From assembly GCA_023205875.1 (NCBI GenBank), contig CP060761.1, forward strand, positions 248,001 through 312,000: DNA of 64,000 bases, read 5' to 3'. The notes beneath the pieces are model-generated. The model was not told the origin of the DNA, did not search any database, and saw nothing but the letters and a program-made list of their open reading frames with translations. The stretch comes from Chloropicon primus. Taxonomy: Eukaryota. The first letter of the stretch is position 1. Each line of letters starts with the position of its first letter. The translations under genes were made by a program, and so were the position numbers. Positions 11,168-23,503 of the stretch are shown here, one piece after another.

Positions 11168-12508
11168 ATGCCCGGAATGGGAGAGATGAATTACGCGGAA
11201 GGTGGTAACGTTCAGGACCTGATGAAGTTGTATTATGGTCGCCTGTATCCTCACCAGACCATGTACAAGTGGCTCGCGTACGGCAACGACACGGCCAAGG
11301 CCAAACACCCAAAGGCAGACAAGTCCTTCTTCTCGCGGAGGGAGTTCTGCTTCACCCTGGAGGGGGACATCTTCGTGAGGTACCAGAGCTTCAAGGACGG
11401 GAGCGAGCTCGAGAGCGCGATCAAGGCGAGGTGCCCTTCGAAGATAGATATCGGGCCGGTCTACAACGTGGACCCAAAGAAGCGCGCGGCGTACACCGGC
11501 GGTGCAAGCGATGCGGCGGGCGGCCCGGGCCTCCGCGCGTTCCAGGCGGTTGAGCGCGAGCTCGTCTTCGATATCGATATGGACGACTACGATGATTACT
11601 TGAACTTCACGCACAAGGAGCACGGGTGGTCCAAGTGCTGGGCTCTCATGGCGGTCGCCATCCGTATCTTGGACAGGGGTTTGCGCGAGGACTTCGGCTT
11701 CGAGCACATTTTCTTCGTGTTCTCGGGAAGGAGAGGAATCCATTGCTGGGTTTGCGACAAGAGGGCCAGGGAGCTGACGGACGAGCAGAGGGCGTCCGTG
11801 GCAAACTACTTTTCGATCTACAAGGGCATCCAGGAGGGGAAGGCCAAGCTGATGCTGTCGGTCCCGAGGCACCCCTCGGTCCAGAGGGCGCTGGATATCC
11901 TCGAGCCGATCTTCGTGGACGAGATGCTGCCTCAGCAGGAGCTCCTGGACTCCCAAGAGAGCTGGGAGAAGATCTTGCAATACGTGCCAGACGCCGACGT
12001 GTGCGACAAGTTGAGGGAGAGGTGGCAGAACGGAAGGCGGAGCTCGACTTCGGCCAACGGGGAGCACGAGGATGTGAACAAGTCCAGGTGGGCGGAGCTC
12101 TGCAGGGAGGTGGACAGGTGCCTGAGCAGGACGAAAGACCCTTCGAAGAGAAGGCAGCTGGTCAAGTGCAAGGACGAGATTATCTTCGCTTACACCTACC
12201 CCAAGCTCGATGTCGAGGTCTCCAAGAAGAGGAATCACTTGCTCAAGGCGCCCTTCTGCGTCCACCCGAAGACCGGGAAAGTTTGCGTGCCCATCGACCC
12301 GGAGAGGGCCGAGGAATTCGATCCAGACAAGGACGCGCCGAGCGTCGCCCAGCTCCTGAACCAGCTCGACAGCGGCGTGACCAACACGAGCATGACGGAA
12401 AACGTCCGGCTGTTTGAGGACCTTTTCCTCAAGGCCCTGAGCAGAACGACCCAGGAGGAAATGAGCAGGAAGACCAGGGAGGCGGTGAAGATGGACGTGG
12501 ACTTCTGA
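11168..12508 (+). CDS. PRI1: DNA primase small (catalytic) subunit
   Basis: Motifs RREFCFTL, KIDIGPVY, ERELVFDIDMDDYD, FSGRRGIHCWV, HLLKAPFCVHPKTG. Confidence 0.95.
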   Translation: MPGMGEMNYAEGGNVQDLMKLYYGRLYPHQTMYKWLAYGNDTAKAKHPKADKSFFSRREFCFTLEGDIFVRYQSFKDGSELESAIKARCPSKIDIGPVYNVDPKKRAAYTGGASDAAGGPGLRAFQAVERELVFDIDMDDYDDYLNFTHKEHGWSKCWALMAVAIRILDRGLREDFGFEHIFFVFSGRRGIHCWVCDKRARELTDEQRASVANYFSIYKGIQEGKAKLMLSVPRHPSVQRALDILEPIFVDEMLPQQELLDSQESWEKILQYVPDADVCDKLRERWQNGRRSSTSANGEHEDVNKSRWAELCREVDRCLSRTKDPSKRRQLVKCKDEIIFAYTYPKLDVEVSKKRNHLLKAPFCVHPKTGKVCVPIDPERAEEFDPDKDAPSVAQLLNQLDSGVTNTSMTENVRLFEDLFLKALSRTTQEEMSRKTREAVKMDVDF

Positions 12509-12673
12509 GCGCTCGCGCGCGCAGGCACAGGTGGGGGCTAACGGTGCTGCTGGGATATAATGAAAAACGTTAAACGTTTGGGTTTTGGAAGTAAGAAACT
12601 TGCGAAAGGTCTTGACAATATCTCTACACACCACTGATGACCTTGTCGACGATTCCACGGCGGGCTCTCCTCC

Positions 12674-15417
<2,744 letters not shown>

Positions 15418-15827
15418 ACACAATTCACATTCATAAACACATCACAGCAACAAATGCTAAACACTTTTTTTTTAAACCACCTGGTACCATCATCGAGCTT
15501 CCCCTTCTCTCTCTGAGAAGTGAGCTTCTCAATCCGGAAAGTGAAGTGAAATCAATCCCCCCATTTTGGTTTGACTTTAAGACCTGATACGACACAAGGG
15601 GAAGAGGAAGACGAGAGGCTCGGCAAAGATGGCAACATCCAGTCGATAAGGGTTACCTGGCACAAGGAATTCCGTCACGGACCCTCACATCGCGTCTCCC
15701 TGCGAGAAAGGTGCCATCTTGGTCCAACTCAACTTCTGGTTTACTCCTCACCAGCATCATCATCATATCAACATCATCATCATCATCATCAAGGGAGTTG
15801 GTTTTGTAATCAGAGCAAAGGTGTGTC

Positions 15828-17438
15828 ATGGTGAGGGAGCAGGCCTTTCCGGTGGAAACGGCTAATTCCGTGCCCGCACTGGTGGAATTCTTCCTCGACC
15901 ACAACTTGGGCAAAGCAAGGAGCGATTATGTCAAAGCAGAATGTGCATGTAAGTCTGTGAGTGCCTCTCTCTCTGTGTGTGTGTCTGTGTCTGCGTTTGC
16001 ATTGCTTTGCTGACAACCATCGCGTCGGGCTGCGGAATGAATGAAGACCACCTGTGGCGACACGCAACGCACGGCAAGTCCAACAGGAGCGAGATCATCA
16101 AGCTCGGTGCCTTGCACAAGCTCGTGGAGACTGCTGATAAAGGGGACAAGCACGCTTGCTACCATGCCTTGGGATGCTTGACCCAGTTCGTGGACAGCGA
16201 GGACTTCAAGACCATGATACTGGCGTACACCGGTGCCAAGCTCATACGGTGTCTCGGGGAAAGCCTGAACAACGTGAATCACACGAGGACTCAGCTTCAA
16301 GCCAGCCACATCTTGTGGTCCATTGCCAACAATGCTGAGACCACGGTGAGGGTTGTGCCCATAGTGAACAAGCTCGTGGAGGCTCTCCACATCTCTGGCC
16401 CGTCCTGGGGGATATCAAAGGCCATCGTGATCTGCACGCAGGTGTGCCAAGCGCTGACCAGAGTGGCAACCCTGGCCGCAGGGAGCGAAGCGCAGTCGAC
16501 GCTGACGACGGGCGGTTACTCGGGGGGAAGGAAAAACTCGGTGCGGAAGGAAATGATTACCTTGGGGGTCGTCGGGAATTGCGTGGAGGTGATGAAGTTC
16601 TCAGGAGCGCCTGCAAGCAGTGCGCCCCCGCCGACGGACTCGACGCAGCCAGCAGCAGTGACCAACCCAGTCGAGGAGGTCAAAGTGGCTGCCTTGGCGA
16701 CCATCTACGCGTTGCTGGACGAGCCCACCTGCATCGTTGAGCTCAGGAAGATCCCAGGGGCACTCGCCTGTCTCTCCAAGGCCCTTGCCCTCAACTCTGT
16801 GGATGCCAAAGGTGAGTCCTTGACCCGGGAGAGGACCTCTGCACATGTCAAGACGTTGCTGACTTTGTCTTCCTTTCCTTCTCTCTCTCTCGGACGTTCT
16901 CAGCGCACGCGGCCGGTGCCATGCTGCAGTTTTCGGAGAACAGGGAGCACGCCATGGAGATAGGAAGGTCCAAGGGAGCGATCAAGGAGCTCGTGAGCAT
17001 GCTTTCGACGCAGCAGGAAAAAAAGTCGAAGAAGAAGAAGAAGAAATCCAAGAAGGGAGGGGGGGAGGACGCGCCCGCCACCGGAGCGGCCCTTTGCTTG
17101 GAAAATGCTGCAGGTCTGCTGTTTCAGCTCACGGCGTGCGAGGAGAACACGGAAGGGATGGTCAAGGAGGGTGCTAGTAAGTGTTGACCCCCCAAATCAC
17201 CGCGATGGCGGGTGCGAATCGTTGGACTGACCGGCTCTTTCATTTTCGTTTGCCCGCTTCCCAAGTACCCGTCCTGGTGGGTCTCCTGAAGAGCAAGGGC
17301 AGCAAAAGCCTGGCTGTCATCCAGCACTCCACTTGCATCCTCGCAGCCATCGGCCTGAATGAGAAGTACCACGAGATGCTCAAGGAGGCGGGAGCCCCGC
17401 CCTACTTGCTCAAGGCGCTGGAGGAGAAGGAGGAATAG
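15828..17438 (+). CDS. Multi-exon ARM-repeat protein (approximate exons 15828-15948, 16048-16811, 16903-~17176, ~17267-17438)
   Basis: GTAAGT/GTGAGT donors join in-frame pieces: ECA|YHLWRHATHG, EIIKLGALHKLV, GAIKELVSML, VPVLVGLLKS. The 5' end and last junction are uncertain. Confidence 0.65.
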
Positions 17439-17504
17439 ACCCTGGACTTTGTAAAAATAAAAAGAAAAGTGTATTTTTGGTTTTAATATAGCTGCTTACT
17501 GCTC

Positions 17505-18974
17505 CTAATCCCGAGGCAATTCGGGAAGCTCCTTGTAAACGATCTCGTCAAAGGAGTCGAGGGACTTTTTGAGTTTGGTGAACATCTCCTGGAAGTTTTC
17601 CATCGTGTAAACGAGGGAAGGGGCGATGACCAGGACGTGGCCCGTGCTCCTGACCAGCAGTCCGTTCTTCATGCATTCGTTGGCCAAGATCGTGGCGGGG
17701 GGCACCTTGGTCCCAATCTGAGACTTCGAGGCCTTGTCCGCAACGAACTCGATGGCCAGCATGAAGCCCTCCCCGCGCACCTCCCCGACCAGCGGGTGAG
17801 TCTCCAGCTGCTTGAGGGTGAGCTGGAACGTCGGCGTCATGCGCTTGACATGGTCCCAGATCTGCATCTCCTCGTAGATATTCAGGCATTCCAGCCCGAT
17901 GGCACAGGCCACGGGGTGGCCTCCATACGTGTAACCGTGCCCGAAGACCCCAAACTTGTTCGCCTGGTTCTTGATGGCGTCCGCAACTTTCTCCGTGATC
18001 AGGGCCGCCCCGAGAGGGTAGTACGAAGAGCTCATAGCCTTTGCGACCGTGTACAGGTCAGGCTGAATGTCGTAGAACTCGCTCCCGAGGCGCTCCCCGA
18101 GGCGCCCGAACGCTGTGACGACCTCGTCCGCGATGAAGAGGATGTCGTACTTTCTCAGAATCGACTGAATGCTCCCCCAGTACCCCCTTGGAGGGGGGAT
18201 CACGCCGCCGGCTCCCATGACCGGCTCCGCGATGAAAGCCGCGATCGTGTCGGGGCCCTCCCTCACGATGACCGCCTCCAGCTCCTTGGCCAGCCTCGCG
18301 GAGTACTCCTCCTCTGATTCCCCCGGCAGGCCGTACTTCCAGTAGTGGGGGGTGGAGACGTGCCTCACCCACGGCAAGGGCAGGGGGCCGTAGCCCTTGT
18401 GGATGGTCTCCATGCCCGACATGGAGGAGGCCGTGATCGTGACCCCGTGGTAGGCCTGCTTCCTGGCGATCACAGTCTTCCTCGAGGGCTGGCCGATCGC
18501 GTTCCAGTAGTACCACGCCAGCTTCACGTTCGTGTCGTTGGCGTCCGAGCCCCCGCACGACATGAACGTCTGCACCACCCCCCTGTGCCTACCAAAGTCC
18601 ACCAGCCTGCTCGTGTACTCCTCCGCGATGTCCGTCGTCCTGTTCCAGAACGTGTGCTGGTACGCGAGCCTCTTCAGTTGAGCGTGAGCAGCCTCGATGA
18701 TCCTCTCGTTCCCATTCCCGAGGGCGTTGCTCCACAGCCCGGCCAACCCATCCAGGTACTTCTTCCCATCGGTGTCGTACACGTAAACCCCTTCACCCCT
18801 CGTCAACACGACTGCAGCGCGGTTGTCCTTCTCGGAAGGGTTCGTGAACGGGGCCAGGTTGCTGGTGAGAACGTTCACCACGCCCTGACCGCCGCGTCCC
18901 GCCGTCGCCGACGACGAGAAGCCCCGAGGAGTCATCATCATCATATTCTTCATCATCATCTTCATCATCATCAT
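17505..18974 (-). CDS. Class III PLP-dependent aminotransferase (GABA / omega-amine:pyruvate transaminase, POP2-like)
   Basis: Motifs YLDGLAGLW, GGSDAND, AYHG, FIAEPVMGAGGV, FIADEVVTAFGRLG, PLP lysine in VAKAMSS, HGYTYGGHP. Confidence 0.92.
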   Translation of the reverse strand: MMMMKMMMKNMMMMTPRGFSSSATAGRGGQGVVNVLTSNLAPFTNPSEKDNRAAVVLTRGEGVYVYDTDGKKYLDGLAGLWSNALGNGNERIIEAAHAQLKRLAYQHTFWNRTTDIAEEYTSRLVDFGRHRGVVQTFMSCGGSDANDTNVKLAWYYWNAIGQPSRKTVIARKQAYHGVTITASSMSGMETIHKGYGPLPLPWVRHVSTPHYWKYGLPGESEEEYSARLAKELEAVIVREGPDTIAAFIAEPVMGAGGVIPPPRGYWGSIQSILRKYDILFIADEVVTAFGRLGERLGSEFYDIQPDLYTVAKAMSSSYYPLGAALITEKVADAIKNQANKFGVFGHGYTYGGHPVACAIGLECLNIYEEMQIWDHVKRMTPTFQLTLKQLETHPLVGEVRGEGFMLAIEFVADKASKSQIGTKVPPATILANECMKNGLLVRSTGHVLVIAPSLVYTMENFQEMFTKLKKSLDSFDEIVYKELPELPRD

Positions 18975-19207
18975 CGTCTTCCACTGGGATGCCGACCCGG
19001 GCGACGAATACGTCGACCGAGGGGTCAGCGGAAAGGTCTTGGGACGCGCTCGAACTCGTTCAGGTCTCCTCCGGGGCCTCGTGACGCACGCGCCAAGCTG
19101 CGCGGAGAAAGGTTTAGGCCTCTGGAGGATAAGATCGACGATCACGATCTCTTAAAATATCTTATAAGATATTTTATATCTTAATTGAATTCCGCTTGGC
19201 TTGCTTT

Positions 19208-20011
19208 GTAACGCACGCGGCGGTCTCGTGTCGGCGTCGATGATGATGATGAGAAAGGACTTGTCAGGGCAAAGACACTGAAGAGTGATGACATGTGTAA
19301 CTACATTTTGCTTATACAGCTTGCTTGCTCTACCCTAAACTCTCCCTCTTCACTCTTCCTGCTTGACCTTGACGATGGAAGGGGCCGTCTTGCTTCGTGT
19401 TCTTGTTCTCTTTGACAACGGAGGACGAGGAGCAGCTTTGCAGAGCCCGACCTCTTCCAGGTACTCTCTCTTCACGATGCATTGTTCCTTGTCGCTCAGC
19501 TTAAGAGATGCGTCCGCAAAGATCAGCCTCAACGCCTCGTTGTAGTCCGCGATCTCTCTCTTCTTCTCCGGGGACTTGCTGTCATAACGCTGGGCCTCCT
19601 GCACGGCTTCGGCGTACTCCTCCTCCGTCATCAGGCCGGACTCGAGAGCCTCTTTCAAATCCAAAGCATAGGGAGAAGGAGAAGGAGATCTCGTCGTCTT
19701 CATGTTGTTGTTGTTGGTGGTGGCGGCGGCTGCGTTGGCATCCTCCTCATGCAGGTTGTCCATTTTCCGTTTCCCTTTTGTGGAGGAGAGGAGCCAAATC
19801 CTCCTGATCCCTGACGAGGAGGAGGAGGAGGAGGGAAGGGAGGAGACCTCCTGTCTTGGATTGGGATTGGGATTGCCTTCCGTGGACTCACTCACTCTCA
19901 TTGTCCTTCATCCCCATCTCGGCTTGGGTTTCATGCAGCAGCACAAGAGACAGAGAGAGATGATCTTGCAGGAGGGGGAAACTCCTGCGAACCAGGATGG
20001 ATGGATGGATG
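19208..20011. repeat. Dispersed repeat, copy A (direct repeat of copy B, offset 3428 nt)
   Basis: 19342-20011 is near-identical to 22770-23439. 19208-19340 is recognisably homologous but diverged. The shared right end lies in a (GGAT)n tract. Confidence 0.95.
19350..19763 (-). CDS. Hypothetical protein with a SHOCT-like motif and basic C-terminus (repeat family copy A)
   Basis: ORF 19350..19901. The likely start is MDNLHEE at 19763, because the upstream ATG is followed by a GTGAGT donor-like site and homology with copy C begins at DNL. Motif LKEALESGLMTEEEY. Confidence 0.6.
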   Translation of the reverse strand: MDNLHEEDANAAAATTNNNNMKTTRSPSPSPYALDLKEALESGLMTEEEYAEAVQEAQRYDSKSPEKKREIADYNEALRLIFADASLKLSDKEQCIVKREYLEEVGLCKAAPRPPLSKRTRTRSKTAPSIVKVKQEE

Positions 20012-20197
20012 GATAAGGGAAAAAGTTTCGCTCAGGTTTTCTACACCGTCCAGGCAACGTGGATTAAGGGTTGTCTTTGGCGTGCAACTGTTTTGGAGTT
20101 GTCCCGGTCCCCTCGGTCCTTGGGAACGATTTGAGCAAGGCGCTTGATCGGATCAAAAGTTGTGGAGCCCCCACCCCCGCCCCCAAAGGCGAGTGTG

Positions 20198-21196
20198 CTA
20201 CTGGTAGATATCCTCGAAGTTGCTCAGCATCAACACGTTGACAATCAAGACGAGGCCCAAAATCCCCTTGGAGACCAGGCTCATGATTTGGTAGGCCAGC
20301 TCGCCGTAGGGGTAAAACTTTGGGCTGATGGACGTGAACACTAGTTGAATCAAGCCGAAACTCCAGAAGACGATCAGCTCGCCCCACACGATCCCGTACA
20401 CGAAGGGAGGCATCCCTCGAGACCCGTCGCTCGGCTCTCCGTTCACGGTCAGCTCAGCACCGGCGGCGGTGTAGTGGAACTGGTAAATGATGAGAAACCA
20501 AGCGGTGAGCTGCGGGACGTAGCCCATGAAATGCGCCTGGAGCCTGTAGTGCCAGGGCTCCGTCCAGGAGTTTCCGTCCCTCGTCGGCCTCGCCAGCAGC
20601 TCAGTGACGTGTCCGAAAAACATGGTGGTGGCCGAGAGGAAGAAGACCGACACGAGGAGGAGCATGATGTTCATTCCCGCTCCGTACGCGATCAAAACCG
20701 CCATCAGGGAGGCGCTGAAGGTGTACTCGATCCACCGGCTCGGGCAGCGACACTCGGCAATGCCCGCGATGTACCACCTCCGCCATGCAGTGCAGTTGAG
20801 GAGGTGAAAGACGGCGCTGATGAGGAAGAAGCAGGCAGTCATCCAGGTGAACTTCAAGTCCATGCACACTGTCCCCCCCGCGGGAAGCAGCTTCCAGCTG
20901 GTCTGCCCCCCCTCTGTCCTCGTCACTTCCAGGTCGTAAGCAATATTGTACACGGGCACAGAAAGATTCAGGTTTCCCACGGCGAGAGTCACGGCGAAGA
21001 GGGCGCCGTGGAAGAGCGCCATGGCCGGGTTCAGGTACAGCAGCATGTTCAAACCACGTCCGCAAAACATTCTCCGCCTCAGCTCATTCCATTCGCTGCT
21101 TTCCGTCTTGGAGAGCTCCTGGGCCTCCTGGTCCCCCTCCAGCGAGACCCTCCCCTCCCCCTCCTTGCCACTCCCCATCGTCGCCATCGTCGCCAT
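20198..21196 (-). CDS. Heliorhodopsin
   Basis: Seven hydrophobic segments with heliorhodopsin hallmarks: TM1 ALFHG, beta-hairpin loop, TM2 SAVFHL, TM3 RWIEYTFSASLM (counterion Glu), TMFFG, PPFVY, TM7 ELAYQIMSLVSK (retinal Lys). Confidence 0.93.
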   Translation of the reverse strand: MATMATMGSGKEGEGRVSLEGDQEAQELSKTESSEWNELRRRMFCGRGLNMLLYLNPAMALFHGALFAVTLAVGNLNLSVPVYNIAYDLEVTRTEGGQTSWKLLPAGGTVCMDLKFTWMTACFFLISAVFHLLNCTAWRRWYIAGIAECRCPSRWIEYTFSASLMAVLIAYGAGMNIMLLLVSVFFLSATTMFFGHVTELLARPTRDGNSWTEPWHYRLQAHFMGYVPQLTAWFLIIYQFHYTAAGAELTVNGEPSDGSRGMPPFVYGIVWGELIVFWSFGLIQLVFTSISPKFYPYGELAYQIMSLVSKGILGLVLIVNVLMLSNFEDIYQ

Positions 21197-21426
21197 GAAA
21201 TGGATAAGGCGCGTTATCCAGAACGTGTGACTCAGCTCCGAGCGAGCGAGTCGGTCGAAGGGAGGAGGAGGGAGGGCGTCGGTCGATAGAAGACGTCGCG
21301 CTCTTTCGTGATGGGATACAAGGTGGAACACATCGTGAACAAGCTCATGTGAAAACCAAACCTCGCCTCTTGTCGAAGGCGAGGGAGGAAACGGGTTCGG
21401 GTTCGGGTTCGGGTTCGGGTTCATCC

Positions 21427-22542
21427 ATGCCGTACGCGATGCCGGCGGAATGGGAGGAGCACGAGTGCTGCTGGCTCGGGTGGCCGGAGAGGAGGGACGT
21501 CTGGCCGAACCAGGCGAGGGAGGCAAAGCTCGCCGTGGCACGGGTGTGCAAAGCCATCGTCGAGGAGGGAAGGGAAGACGTGCGCCTGATCGTCAGCGAG
21601 CGCTGCTTGGAGGAGGCCAGGGCGGCGATGGTTCGGGAGGGACTCCTCGACAGGGGCGTCGAGATCCTGCAGCTGGAATCGAACGACGTGTGGCTCCGCG
21701 ACATTGGACCTACCTTTGTACACAATGAGGAGGAGAAGGAGGCTTCTGTGTCCGGGATCTCGTGGCGTTTCAATGGCTGGGGCCTCAAGTTTCCGCCATG
21801 GGATAAGGACGATGAGGTGGCGGGACGGATAGTCTCGTCCCTCGAGGGCGTCCCCCTCGTCGATTGTCAAGACTTTGTCCTGGAAGGCGGGAGCTTCCAC
21901 TCGGACGGGGCGGGCACCGTGCTCACCACCGAGAGCTGCCTGCTCCACAAGAACAGGAACCCAGGACTCAGCAGGGGGGAGATCGAGGCGAAGCTTTTCG
22001 AGTACCTCGGAGCTCGAAAGGTGGTTTGGCTGCCTTCGGGACTCGTCTGGGACGAGGACACGGACGGCCACGTCGATAATTTTGCTTGCTTCGGGAGAGA
22101 AGGCTTGGTTTTGCTGGCGTGGTGCGAGTGCGGTGGGAAATCGGGGGCCTGCGAGCAGTGCGTCGCGTGCTCGGCCGCCCTGGAGGTCCTGACGACCGAG
22201 AGGGACGCCAAGGGGCGGAAGCTGGAGGTCCTCAAGGTCCCTCTGCCAGAGACTCAGCGGTACACGGAAGAGGAGGCTCAATCCATCGAGGGGGGGACCA
22301 GGACGGCGGGAGAGAGGCTCGCTTGCTCCTACCTCAACTTTTACATCGCGAACGAGGCGATCATCCTTCCTGGCTTTGGGGCGAGCGCGGACTCGCAGGC
22401 AAAGGAAATTATCGAGCGCGTCTTTCCGGAAAGAAAGTGTGTCCAGCTCCCGGCGGTGGGGCGACAGCTCTCGCTCGGCGGCGGAAACATACACTGCATC
22501 ACCCAGCAGCAGCCCAAACCGAAAATGGGGCGATCGACGTGA
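21427..22542 (+). CDS. AIH: Agmatine deiminase (agmatine iminohydrolase)
   Basis: Motifs MPAEWEEH, NDVWLRDIGP, FNGWG, LEGGS, TDGHVDN, SYLNFY, and catalytic GGGNIHCITQQQP. Confidence 0.95.
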   Translation: MPYAMPAEWEEHECCWLGWPERRDVWPNQAREAKLAVARVCKAIVEEGREDVRLIVSERCLEEARAAMVREGLLDRGVEILQLESNDVWLRDIGPTFVHNEEEKEASVSGISWRFNGWGLKFPPWDKDDEVAGRIVSSLEGVPLVDCQDFVLEGGSFHSDGAGTVLTTESCLLHKNRNPGLSRGEIEAKLFEYLGARKVVWLPSGLVWDEDTDGHVDNFACFGREGLVLLAWCECGGKSGACEQCVACSAALEVLTTERDAKGRKLEVLKVPLPETQRYTEEEAQSIEGGTRTAGERLACSYLNFYIANEAIILPGFGASADSQAKEIIERVFPERKCVQLPAVGRQLSLGGGNIHCITQQQPKPKMGRST

Positions 22543-22555
22543 GTGAACTTTCCAA

Positions 22556-23439
22556 TCTCTAAAGGTTTTCTCCTGAGGACTGGCCTGGGTGATCGATTGG
22601 GAGAGGAGAGAGAGGAGAGGAGAGGAGTAACGCACGCGGTCTCGTGCCGTCGTTGGCGGTGGATGCGAAGAAGAAAAACCAAGGTGGCACAGAGCCTAAA
22701 GAGTGATGACATTTGTATCTAACATCTACATTTTGTTCATCCAGGCTTGTATGCTCTGTGCATAGGAATCTCCCTCTTCACTCTTCCTCCTTGACCTTGA
22801 CGATGGAAGGGGCCGTCTTGCTTCGTGTTCTTGTTCTCTTTGACGACGGAGGACGAGGAGCAGCTTTGCAGAGCCCGACCTCTTCCAGGTACTCTCTCTT
22901 CACAATGCATTGTTCCTTGTCGCTCAGCTTAAGAGATGCGTCCGCAAAGATCAGCCTCAACGCCTCGTTGTAGTCCGCGATCTCTCTCTTCTTCTCCGGG
23001 GACTTGCTGTCATAACGCTGGGCCTCCTGCACGGCTTCGGCGTACTCCTCCTCCGTCATCAGGCCGGACTCGAGAGCCTCTTTCAAATCCAAAGCATAGG
23101 GAGAAGGAGAAGGAGATCTCGTCGTCTTCATGTTGTTGTTGTTGGTGGTGGCGGCGGCTGCGTTGGCATCCTCCTCATGCAGGTTGTCCATTTTCCGTTT
23201 CCCTTTTGTGGAGGAGAGGAGCCAAATCCTCCTGATCCCTGACGAGGAGGAGGAGGAGGAGGGAAGGGAGGAGACCTCCTGTCTTGGATTGGGATTGGGA
23301 TTGCCTTCCGTGGACTCACTCACTCTCATTGTCCTTCATCCCCATCTCGGCTTGGGTTTCATGCAGCAGCACAAGAGACAGAGAGAGATGATCTTGCAGG
23401 AGGGGGAAACTCCTGCGAACCAGGATGGATGGATGGATG
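22556..23439. repeat. Dispersed repeat, copy B
   Basis: 22556-22800 is near-identical to 55184-55430 (copy C), and 22770-23439 is near-identical to copy A. Confidence 0.95.
22778..23191 (-). CDS. Hypothetical protein, repeat family copy B (2 aa differences from copy A)
   Basis: ORF 22778..23329 translates identically to copy A except PSSKR for PLSKR and KEEE for KQEE. Confidence 0.6.
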   Translation of the reverse strand: MDNLHEEDANAAAATTNNNNMKTTRSPSPSPYALDLKEALESGLMTEEEYAEAVQEAQRYDSKSPEKKREIADYNEALRLIFADASLKLSDKEQCIVKREYLEEVGLCKAAPRPPSSKRTRTRSKTAPSIVKVKEEE

Positions 23440-23503
23440 AAAATAGGAACGAAATGCAAGAGGGAAGGGGAAGGACGAGCTTGCTCCCACCTCAACTTTT
23501 ACA

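Noticed and set aside
19208..23439. Classification as an LTR retrotransposon, composite transposon or Helitron
   Set aside because: No gag/pol, transposase or Rep/helicase, and no TG...CA ends, TIRs, TSD or CTRR terminus were found.
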